Positions 56,560-64,000 of a stretch of DNA of 64,000 nt are shown here, piece after piece; the stretch's first letter is position 1; each line of letters starts with the position of its first letter. This DNA is from Nanobdellota archaeon (lineage in GTDB: Archaea; EX4484-52; LFW-46). Position numbers and translations under genes: made by a program. The notes beneath the pieces are model-generated. The model was not told where the DNA came from, made no database searches, and saw nothing but the letters and a program-made list of their open reading frames with translations. Location: NCBI GenBank assembly GCA_018897155.1, contig JAHILE010000045.1, positions 2,236 to 66,235 on the forward strand, written 5' to 3'.

Positions 56560-57165
56560 TTAAATTTTATCTTTAGAATACGGTTTTGATGCATGTGTTT
56601 GGTAAACCCTTCCCGATTTGACAAGAACATTCGCATCATTCACCTTTAAGCTAATTTCCTGCGCGATTTTTACATCGCGCGGCAATACCGCCATTATCCA
56701 TCTATTTCCCCTTGTCAGGCGGTCGTTCCAGAATTCTTCAAAAACCTTTTTGTTTACTTCATGCCGCGGGCCGTACCACGGATCGCAGAAAAACACATTT
56801 TTTGCAGTTACTTTAATCATCACGCTGTAATGCCCGATTTCGCTGATGTTGTCGGTCCAATCAATTATCACCGGCAGATGCGCCTTCAAAAATGCTTTTA
56901 CAGTTGCCATATTTGCATTTTCATGCACAAAGCATGAGAACCCGATTTTTTTGCAAGCATCAATCATTCCCTGATGGTGCGTGCCGCATTTTTCGCTTGT
57001 GTTTGCAATACGCGCGATTTCATCTTCTGTTTTTTTGATCCCAAGCGTTTCAAGAACCATCTTAAGGCAGGTGGGGCCGCAGAAATAGCAGTTCTTCTGG
57101 TGGTGGTAAGGAACTTTAACAGGCATAGTAATACATGGTAAGGTACACATATATAGAAAATGCAT
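56560..57165 (-). CDS. Peptidase C39-like (papain-fold, bacteriocin-processing-type) domain protein, standalone
   Basis: QKNCYFCGPTCLKMVLETLG matches the C39 catalytic Cys region (Q...C.(A/G)..l.mvl); His/Asp further on (GHYSVMI...CDPW). Start probably at an internal Met. Confidence 0.5.
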   Translation of the reverse strand: MHFLYMCTLPCITMPVKVPYHHQKNCYFCGPTCLKMVLETLGIKKTEDEIARIANTSEKCGTHHQGMIDACKKIGFSCFVHENANMATVKAFLKAHLPVIIDWTDNISEIGHYSVMIKVTAKNVFFCDPWYGPRHEVNKKVFEEFWNDRLTRGNRWIMAVLPRDVKIAQEISLKVNDANVLVKSGRVYQTHASKPYSKDKI

Positions 57166-57375
57166 TTTTGGATAGTGCTGGGCGGGTAGACTGTAGAAGT
57201 TACGCCAACAAGGTCTGGCATTGTTCCATGGAGCTGCGGAATGGGCATGCTTCGGGGAAGCTTTACGGTAGCTGATTAGAAAACTGCTTCGAATGGCTGA
57301 AATATTTGTTTAATAAAGATATGAGCGAATTTATTATTCAATTTATATTGTGATTTAATAGATCGAGTTGATGCA

Positions 57376-57915
57376 ATGGCTCCAAAAAAAGCAGATGTAA
57401 AAACAGATTTAAAAGAAGAATTGACTATAAAAAAAGGTGACGCTGAAGTGCCGGCAGAGAATGGTGGTGCAAAATTGGCTGTAACGCATGGAGATACTGT
57501 AAAAGTTCATTATACAGGAACCCTTGAAGACGGAACTGTTTTTGACAATTCGGAAAGCCACGGCACTCCGCTTGAGTTTCAGATTGGCGCGAATCAGGTA
57601 ATTCCCGGATTTGAAAACGCAATGGTCGGCATGAAAGAAGGCGAAGAAAAAAATGTCAAGCTTTCAGTGGCAGACGCTTACGGAGAATACAATCCGCAGA
57701 TGGTCGGGAAAGTGCCTAAAGCTCAGCTTCCGAAAGGCCAGGAGCCGAAAATCGGAATGATTCTGATGGTCGGCTTGCCAAACGGAATGCAAGTGCCTGT
57801 AAAGATAGTGGCTGTCGATGCCGAATCGGTTTCAATTGATCTTAACCATCCCCTTGCAGGAAAGGCGCTGAATTTCAAGATTAAGATTGTGGGAATTGGC
57901 GATTCGAAGCAATAA
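57376..57915 (+). CDS. FKBP-type peptidyl-prolyl isomerase with IF-domain insert (SlyD/archaeal FKBP)
   Basis: GDTVKVHYTGTLEDGTVFDNS...IPGFENAMVGM core; insert-in-flap region. Confidence 0.85.
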   Translation: MAPKKADVKTDLKEELTIKKGDAEVPAENGGAKLAVTHGDTVKVHYTGTLEDGTVFDNSESHGTPLEFQIGANQVIPGFENAMVGMKEGEEKNVKLSVADAYGEYNPQMVGKVPKAQLPKGQEPKIGMILMVGLPNGMQVPVKIVAVDAESVSIDLNHPLAGKALNFKIKIVGIGDSKQ

Positions 57916-57921
57916 ATGAAA

Positions 57922-58080
57922 TTATCCTCTAAACGCCTTTGCGCAATGAACGCAGCAGAAAACGACATCCTTTCCTTTGATTTTTTCGCGATGCCCCCCT
58001 TCAAACACTTTGCAGCCGCAATGCGCGCAAACCGTAAGTCTCGGCTCTACGGCAAAATCAACAAGATCGTCGAAATGCAT
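57922..58080 (-). CDS. Small TRASH-domain (C-x2-C-x20-C-x3-C) metal-binding protein
   Basis: 52-aa ORF (below track cutoff): MHFDDLVDFAVEPRLTVCAHCGCKVFEGGHREKIKGKDVVFCCVHCAKAFRG. Confidence 0.5.
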   Translation of the reverse strand: MHFDDLVDFAVEPRLTVCAHCGCKVFEGGHREKIKGKDVVFCCVHCAKAFRG

Positions 58081-58167
58081 TAGTATGCGCTTTACAAACG
58101 CCTTGCCTTCGGGCGTGAGTGCGTATGTTTTTTTCTCGCGCGCGCCGGGAATTCCCGTCTTAATAAA

Positions 58168-58728
58168 GTGTCTGTCGAACTGTGGGCAAATCCGGCAAAC
58201 TCCGGCAACTACACCATTCTTGAGAGGTCCGGCACATACAGGTTATATATCAATAATTCGAGGATTATGGGCGGAATATATAATGGAACCGGCTGGCATG
58301 AAACGCAGGGCGCAACTATTCTTTCAGATAATATATGGCATTACTTTGCCATGGCATACTCCAACGAAAGCGGGCTGAAGCTCTATCTTGACGGTGTCCA
58401 AGACGCATCGCTCGGCGTCGGCGGGCAGATAAAAACAGAATCATCTAAATCATTGCAGAATTATCGGTTGTATGCATATTTTGCTTACATTATTACTGCC
58501 GCAATATTGGCTATGGCGTGGTTTGCAATAAAGAAAAGGCAGGTGGGCAAAAATCCGAAATATGAAGAACCTGCGCATGGAACCGAAGCTGCAAAGATTG
58601 CGGCAGAAAAGCCAGCCATAAAAACTCCTGAAAAAAAGAAAAAAGCGCGCAAAATGCCTGCTTCAAAAGATAATCTGGATGATATGGAGAAGCGGATAGA
58701 GGAAATAAAGAAGAAACTGAATGAATGA
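58168..58728 (+). CDS. Membrane-anchored protein with truncated LamG/ConA-like jelly-roll N-domain and Lys-rich cytoplasmic tail
   Basis: WHYFAMAYSNESGLKLYLDGV is the LamG_3 core. The domain is incomplete at the N-terminus and there is no signal peptide. A different-frame ORF (57977..58378) overlaps upstream, so the gene may be frameshifted or decayed. Confidence 0.4.
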   Translation: MSVELWANPANSGNYTILERSGTYRLYINNSRIMGGIYNGTGWHETQGATILSDNIWHYFAMAYSNESGLKLYLDGVQDASLGVGGQIKTESSKSLQNYRLYAYFAYIITAAILAMAWFAIKKRQVGKNPKYEEPAHGTEAAKIAAEKPAIKTPEKKKKARKMPASKDNLDDMEKRIEEIKKKLNE

Positions 58729-58827
58729 TCAATATTAATATCTTCGGATATTGAATGATAATACCCTATTCTATTATATACCGGCTGAACAAAAAACGCA
58801 TATAATGACAAATACCCAATTAACAAT

Positions 58828-61569
58828 ATGCTTTACGTTCACGAAAAACCACCCCACGCGCTTTTGGCAAAGGAAGTTGTAAAGCATCTTAGCTCCCACG
58901 AATCGTGCGGGCTTTCTTCCGGTGAATCAGAAAAACGGTTGCAGAAAAACGGCCCGAATACACTAGATACAAAAAAGAAAATTACAGCGCTTGATATATA
59001 CGCCAGGCAGTTCAAAAGCGCGGTAATCGCGATTCTTGCATTTGCTTCAGTTATTTCATATTCTATCGGCGAGATGATTGAGGCATATGCGATACTTGGA
59101 ATGATATTTGTTGTTACGCTTATCGGTTTTTATCAGGAGTACAAGGCAGAGAACATTCTTGAGTCAATAAAAAATATGGTTGTGACGCGTGTCCGGGTCT
59201 TTCGCAACGGAAAAATTGCCGAAATTTCCTCAATTGGACTTGTTGCAGGTGACATGATTTTTCTTGAGGCTGGAGATAAGGTTCCTGCAGATGCAAGGAT
59301 TGTCCGCTCAAGCGAGCTTTATGTGGATGAATCATCTATGACTGGTGAATCCAATCCTGTTTTGAAAAGGGATTGCGTTCTTTCTGAGGATACGCCGCTT
59401 GCAGACCGGAAAAACATGCTTTTTATGGGAAGTTATGTTTCAGGAGGTAATGCCAGCGCAATAGTCACGCACACAGCGGAAAGGACAGAGATAGGAAAAA
59501 TAGCAAAAGAAGTGCCGCAAGACGAGGAAACGCCTCTTGAGAAAAGTGTTAGTGATTTTGGTAAGAAGCTTTCTGCAATAGTTATTGTTCTTGGCATTTT
59601 CATGATTGTGTTTCAAGTGCTAAAAGGAGCGCCGATAGAGGATATTCTTATAGTGAGCATCGCAGTGGCAGTTTCCGGGATTCCGGAAGGCCTTCCAATA
59701 ATAATGACTATCGGCCTTTCGCACGGCGTTCACGCAATGGCAAAAAAGAACGCACTTATAAGAAAAATGGGCGCTGTGGAAACTCTTGGCTGCGTCAGTG
59801 TGATATGCACTGATAAGACAGGAACACTGACTAAAAATGAGATGACGGTTGCTAAACTTTATTCGAATGATTCGATTATCGGTGTTCAAGGTACGGGATA
59901 CAGTCCTGAAGGCGCGCTTATCTTGAATGGTAAAAAAATTACTGCAAAAAATAATGAGACGCTGAATCGCTTCATTACTGCAGGAGTGCTGTGCAACAAC
60001 GCGCGCCTGAAAAAGGAAGATAACGGATGGTTCGTAATGGGCGATTCCACAGAGGGGAGCCTCATTGTTCTTGGCAAAAAGGCAGGCCTTTCGGAGGATC
60101 AGCTGAGTATTGAATATGAGCGCGCCGGAGAGCTGACATTCACATCCGAGCGCAAGTGCATGAGTACGATCCATATAAAAGGCGGCGATAGGTATATGTT
60201 TTCAAAAGGCGCGCCAGGCTATCTTCTTGAGAATTGCGCCCACATAGAAAAAGACGGCAAGATAACACTTCTTTCAAAAAAAGAAAAAGAGAAAATAATC
60301 GAAACCTATGAATCATTTTCTTCAGAAGCGCTTCGTGTAATCGCGATTGCATATAAGACATTGCCTTCAGGAAAAATGCCAAGGGTAAAAGACGAAATCG
60401 CTGATGAAAAAGATCTCATTTTTCTCGGTCTTGCAGGAATCCAGGATCCTATTCGTGACGGCGTAAAAGAATCTATTGAAGCATGCAGAAAAGCAGGCAT
60501 AAAAACCGTGATGATAACTGGTGATCACATCACAACAGCAACCTCAATTGCCCGCGAAATTGGCCTGATAAAAAGCAACGAGCTTGTTATGGAAGGCTCC
60601 GAGCTTGACAAATTGTCTGAGGAAGAATTCTCATCTATTGTGGAGCGAATTTCTGTTTATGCTCGGGTGACTGCAGAGCATAAGCTGCGGATAATTGCGG
60701 CTTTTGAAAAAAAAGGACACGTTGTTGCAATGACAGGTGATGGCGTGAATGACATAATCGCGCTGAAAAAAGCGCACGTCAGCATAAGTATGGGCCTTAA
60801 AGGGACGGATATCGCAAAAGAAGCATCTGACATAATACTTCTTGACGATAATTTTAATACAATTGTTTCAGCGATAAAAGAGGGGCGCTCGACATATAAT
60901 AACCTGAAGAATGCTATGCGATTTATGCTTTCGATATCTTACGCAGAAATGTGTGTGGTTGTAACTGCAATACTCATTGGAATTCCACTTCCGATTACTG
61001 CGCTGATGGTGCTTTTTATAAATCTTGTGACTGATGACCTTCCGGGTATGGGAATGAGCATGGACTCTGCAAAACACGAGGTTATAAACAGGAATCCACG
61101 GAAAAAAGACGAGCCTTTGATAGACCGAAGCACTCTTGAATCAATAATTTATAACGGCACAATTTTCACAATTGCAGTTCTCGGGTTTTTTTCAATAAAT
61201 TATTTTTATTTTGGCGAAGATCTGCTTAAAAGCCAGACCGTAGCTTTTGCATCGCTAATGGCAATGGAGATAATATTTGCCTACGGCATAAAGATTGATG
61301 GCGTGCAAAGCATAAAGCATGCATTCTCAAACAAGTCTTTGAATTTTATGGTTGTTTTGGCAACAATAGCTGCAATTCTTGCAATAGAACATCCCTTGCT
61401 TCAGTCAATTTTTGAGACAACCGGACTCACTTTATTAGAATGGATTTCAGTGATTCTGGCAAGCACAATTGTTGTTGCGATAATTATCCTTTTGCGCGGC
61501 AAAGCAGAAGAAAAAGAGCGCGCAATTGTTAAGGATCTTGAGGGTATAAAACGGGCAATAAGCGGTTAA
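58828..61569 (+). CDS. P-type cation-transporting ATPase, P2 (Ca2+/Mg2+-type)
   Basis: DKTGTLT phosphorylation site, TGDGVNDIIALKKA, TGES, and the LVTDDLPGMGMSMD TM6-type motif. No CPC/HMA motifs, so not a heavy-metal pump. Confidence 0.9.
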   Translation: MLYVHEKPPHALLAKEVVKHLSSHESCGLSSGESEKRLQKNGPNTLDTKKKITALDIYARQFKSAVIAILAFASVISYSIGEMIEAYAILGMIFVVTLIGFYQEYKAENILESIKNMVVTRVRVFRNGKIAEISSIGLVAGDMIFLEAGDKVPADARIVRSSELYVDESSMTGESNPVLKRDCVLSEDTPLADRKNMLFMGSYVSGGNASAIVTHTAERTEIGKIAKEVPQDEETPLEKSVSDFGKKLSAIVIVLGIFMIVFQVLKGAPIEDILIVSIAVAVSGIPEGLPIIMTIGLSHGVHAMAKKNALIRKMGAVETLGCVSVICTDKTGTLTKNEMTVAKLYSNDSIIGVQGTGYSPEGALILNGKKITAKNNETLNRFITAGVLCNNARLKKEDNGWFVMGDSTEGSLIVLGKKAGLSEDQLSIEYERAGELTFTSERKCMSTIHIKGGDRYMFSKGAPGYLLENCAHIEKDGKITLLSKKEKEKIIETYESFSSEALRVIAIAYKTLPSGKMPRVKDEIADEKDLIFLGLAGIQDPIRDGVKESIEACRKAGIKTVMITGDHITTATSIAREIGLIKSNELVMEGSELDKLSEEEFSSIVERISVYARVTAEHKLRIIAAFEKKGHVVAMTGDGVNDIIALKKAHVSISMGLKGTDIAKEASDIILLDDNFNTIVSAIKEGRSTYNNLKNAMRFMLSISYAEMCVVVTAILIGIPLPITALMVLFINLVTDDLPGMGMSMDSAKHEVINRNPRKKDEPLIDRSTLESIIYNGTIFTIAVLGFFSINYFYFGEDLLKSQTVAFASLMAMEIIFAYGIKIDGVQSIKHAFSNKSLNFMVVLATIAAILAIEHPLLQSIFETTGLTLLEWISVILASTIVVAIIILLRGKAEEKERAIVKDLEGIKRAISG

Positions 61570-61920
61570 ACGACCCATCTAGTATTTTCTTGTTTGAGGG
61601 TAATCATTTAATTCATTAACAAAAGGGTCATTTTTTGTTTCATGAGGCACATTATTAAAATCCCGACCTATTGAAGTATCTTTCAAATAATCCGGATCGA
61701 GATGCGGCGAATATACGAATTTATTTGGTGCTGAAATTTCAAATTCTAAAGCGAGATCGTCTTCTTTTTGTTTATACTCACCCGTATTAAAAGATTTATG
61801 ATTATCAAGAGTTTCTCCGCCGCATATAAAAATACCTGTTTAAATGATGCAAAAGCACCACGAGTAAATGACTACGGATACTTTTAAAGCGTTGTACTTG
61901 GAGAAAAAATTAGTGCTAAC

Positions 61921-63294
61921 TCACATTTTTTTTAAAGAGTCCAAAACTTCTTTTGCCCTGTCCACTCGCACCTTTTTTTCAGCAACAAGAACGTCAACCA
62001 CTTTGTCGATTTCTACGCCTTCTGCGCCAGCCATTATCGCAATGTTGCGCGCATGCAATTCCATATGCCCGCGTTGTATGCCTTCTGTTGTAAGCGCCTT
62101 TAGCGCGCCCAAGTTCTGCGCAAGCCCGACTGATGCCATGACTTCGGAAAGCTCGCGCGCAGTTTTCACGCCAAGAATTTTGAGATTTGTCTTTGCAATC
62201 GGATTTGTTCCTGTTGCTCCGCCAATTATTCCTGCAGCTATCGGAAGCTCGATTTCACCAATCAAGTCCCCGTCTGAATTCTTTGACCATTTTGTAAGCG
62301 TTTTGTACTTTCCCGGAAGCGTCTTGTATTTTCCATACTTTCCGGAATCTTCTGCGTAATCATTCTCTCCACGACATTTCGTTTTCACAGGAAACAGCTC
62401 TGCAATGGTGTACTTTCCTGAATATGCTGCGTAGGCATGCGCGCCTGCTTCAATTGCGCGGAAATCATTTCCCGTAGCAATCGCTACTGAATCAATGCCG
62501 TTCATTATGCCTTTATTATGCGTTGCGCCTCTGAATGGATCTGCGTCTGCAAATGCCCATGCAAGAATTATTTTGTCCACAACATCTTCGCCGCCAATCT
62601 CTGTTTTATCAAAAACTGCTGTTGCGCGAGCAAGCCGGTATATCGCAAGATTCGAAATTATTCGAATAAGTGCCTTTCCGCCGGAAATTTCTTCAAGAGT
62701 TTGTTTTACTGATTCTGACATTGTGTTTACCGCGTTTGCACCCATAGCATCGCGGCAGTCTACAAGAAGATGGACAATTAACATAAGTCCCTTTTCAGTG
62801 TCGATTATCCTTACCTCAATATCACGTGCACCTCCGCCGAATTTTACAAGAATAGGATCGACTTCATTTGCTTTTGCAATTATCTCGGATTTCTTTGCAA
62901 GAATTGCCGCTCTAGCAGCTTTCGGATCTTTGACATTGATGAGCTGAATCTGGCCAATCATTATAGGCTCTGTGCTTGACGCCGAAAAGCCGCCTTTGGT
63001 TCTTGCGAGCTTTGCCATATTCGATGCTGCGGCAACAACGCTTGGCTCTTCAAGTGCCATCGGGATGAGATAATCTTTTCCGTTTATCCGGAAATTCGCG
63101 GCAATGCCAAGAGGCATCTCCATTTTTCCAATGACGTTTTCAATCATGCGGTTTGCAGTATCAAGCGGAAGTCCTCCTGTTTTTAAGGCATTTGTTTCCT
63201 CTGGCGTAAGTCCTGCAAAATCAGCAACGATTTTTGCGCGTTCATCAAGCGTTAGCTTGTAGAATCCGGATAATTTTGATGTTTTTTCTGGCAT
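61921..63294 (-). CDS. hmgA: HMG-CoA reductase (class I)
   Basis: ENVIGKMEMPLG, EEPSVVAA, DAMGANAVN, GTNP/GIIGGATG motifs. Contains a 7-aa tandem duplication (GKYKTLPGKYKTL) from a 21-nt direct repeat. Confidence 0.9.
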   Translation of the reverse strand: MPEKTSKLSGFYKLTLDERAKIVADFAGLTPEETNALKTGGLPLDTANRMIENVIGKMEMPLGIAANFRINGKDYLIPMALEEPSVVAAASNMAKLARTKGGFSASSTEPIMIGQIQLINVKDPKAARAAILAKKSEIIAKANEVDPILVKFGGGARDIEVRIIDTEKGLMLIVHLLVDCRDAMGANAVNTMSESVKQTLEEISGGKALIRIISNLAIYRLARATAVFDKTEIGGEDVVDKIILAWAFADADPFRGATHNKGIMNGIDSVAIATGNDFRAIEAGAHAYAAYSGKYTIAELFPVKTKCRGENDYAEDSGKYGKYKTLPGKYKTLTKWSKNSDGDLIGEIELPIAAGIIGGATGTNPIAKTNLKILGVKTARELSEVMASVGLAQNLGALKALTTEGIQRGHMELHARNIAIMAGAEGVEIDKVVDVLVAEKKVRVDRAKEVLDSLKKM

Positions 63295-63344
63295 GATGAT
63301 TGGATGCGCGTTATACTTTTAAATAGGTTGTTTCTGGCTTGCGC

Positions 63345-63989
63345 TTAAATTTCAGTAACTTTACTAAACAGCGCCGGCCAATTATTTTGTTTAATTCTAA
63401 ATTTGGTGCCGTGATTATGTCCTGTTCTGGCATCAAAATCTACAAATACTACGCCGTTTAATATTCCCCTAAGAAGATTATTGAACGCGAAATCTTCAAG
63501 CAATTCTATTTTTTCATACTTAAATTCCTCTTGTTCATTTACTTTTCTTGAATCCGCAATAACATAGATAGTATTTCTAATTTTACCCGCACATTTTTTA
63601 TTTAGAACATCAAAGTCCCAAGAAGCCAGCACCGTTGCACCTACCAGATGATACTTAAGTACATTAGTTAACCAGTCTCCATGTCTTTGTTTATCAACTT
63701 TTTCTGGATCGAAGAAGATCTCTACTTTTCGTCCTACGCTATTTACATTTACTTTAAGACCACGATCAGTAAATCGATTTCCTGTCAATGTAGCTCTAAA
63801 ACTCATTTCACCTTTTGGATACATTTTTCCTGCTTCGTCGTGTGGCCAACCATACTTTGGAAGCAATACGTTTGCTACAACGCTTTTTGGTTTCCTAGGT
63901 TCAGGATCCTGATGGAATAAGGTAATTAATGACCCCGTGCTCTTTCTCTGCGTTTTTAATTCCCAATCCACCGTATTGGCAATGGCCAA
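63345..63989 (-). CDS. Possible MvaI/BcnI-like (MutH-related) restriction endonuclease
   Basis: 214 aa. The ITLFHQDP segment and the C-terminal GHNHGTKFRIK block recall, from memory, the BcnI/MvaI family. No partner methyltransferase lies within the window (window ends 11 nt upstream). Confidence 0.35.
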   Translation of the reverse strand: MAIANTVDWELKTQRKSTGSLITLFHQDPEPRKPKSVVANVLLPKYGWPHDEAGKMYPKGEMSFRATLTGNRFTDRGLKVNVNSVGRKVEIFFDPEKVDKQRHGDWLTNVLKYHLVGATVLASWDFDVLNKKCAGKIRNTIYVIADSRKVNEQEEFKYEKIELLEDFAFNNLLRGILNGVVFVDFDARTGHNHGTKFRIKQNNWPALFSKVTEI

Positions 63990-64000
63990 ATTATTTTCAG

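Noticed and set aside
57170-57375. Moderately GC-rich non-coding patch upstream of the FKBP gene as a possible ncRNA (C/D box or SRP-like)
   Set aside because: No C/D boxes at terminal positions and no SRP or RNase P conserved motifs were found; treated as promoter/UTR.
57946-58083. 45-aa plus-strand ORF MNAAENDILSF...
   Set aside because: Antisense to the TRASH-domain ORF, which has the far stronger motif evidence.
1-64000. CRISPR array, cas genes, rRNA genes, integrase/transposase
   Set aside because: No regularly spaced direct repeats, no Cas-like ORFs, no rRNA-like conserved stretches and no tyrosine/serine recombinase or DDE transposase motifs were found on either strand.

Overview
About 40% GC, gene-dense archaeal chromosomal segment. 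Gene content suggests a DPANN or euryarchaeal lineage: aCPSF1, aIF2-gamma, aRF1, Hjc, archaeal DnaG, Pth2, S3Ae, proteasome beta and HMG-CoA reductase are all present. Housekeeping blocks comprise a partial purC, pyk, aspS, the secE-spt5-rpl11-rpl1-rpl10-rpl12 cluster, topA, dnaG, psmB, aCPSF1, aIF2g and hmgA. Between them lie accessory patches. The most notable are listed below.

- Two separate Dcm (m5C methyltransferase) plus Vsr (T:G mismatch endonuclease) modules, each with an uncharacterised putative partner ORF. In addition there is a decayed Vsr-like fragment and, at the window edge, a possible MvaI/BcnI-like endonuclease.
- A tRNA-Ala(CGC) carrying a roughly 109-nt non-canonical intron in the T-loop.
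- A solo HerA-like ATPase with a long C-terminal extension.
- Several clusters of unrecognisable ORFs.
- Unexpected insertions and extensions inside the normally rigid ribosomal-protein cluster.
- Tandemly duplicated 5' flanks of spt5 and aCPSF1.

No CRISPR array, rRNA gene, integrase or transposase was seen. All calls come from reading the translations and sequence by eye, with no database search.
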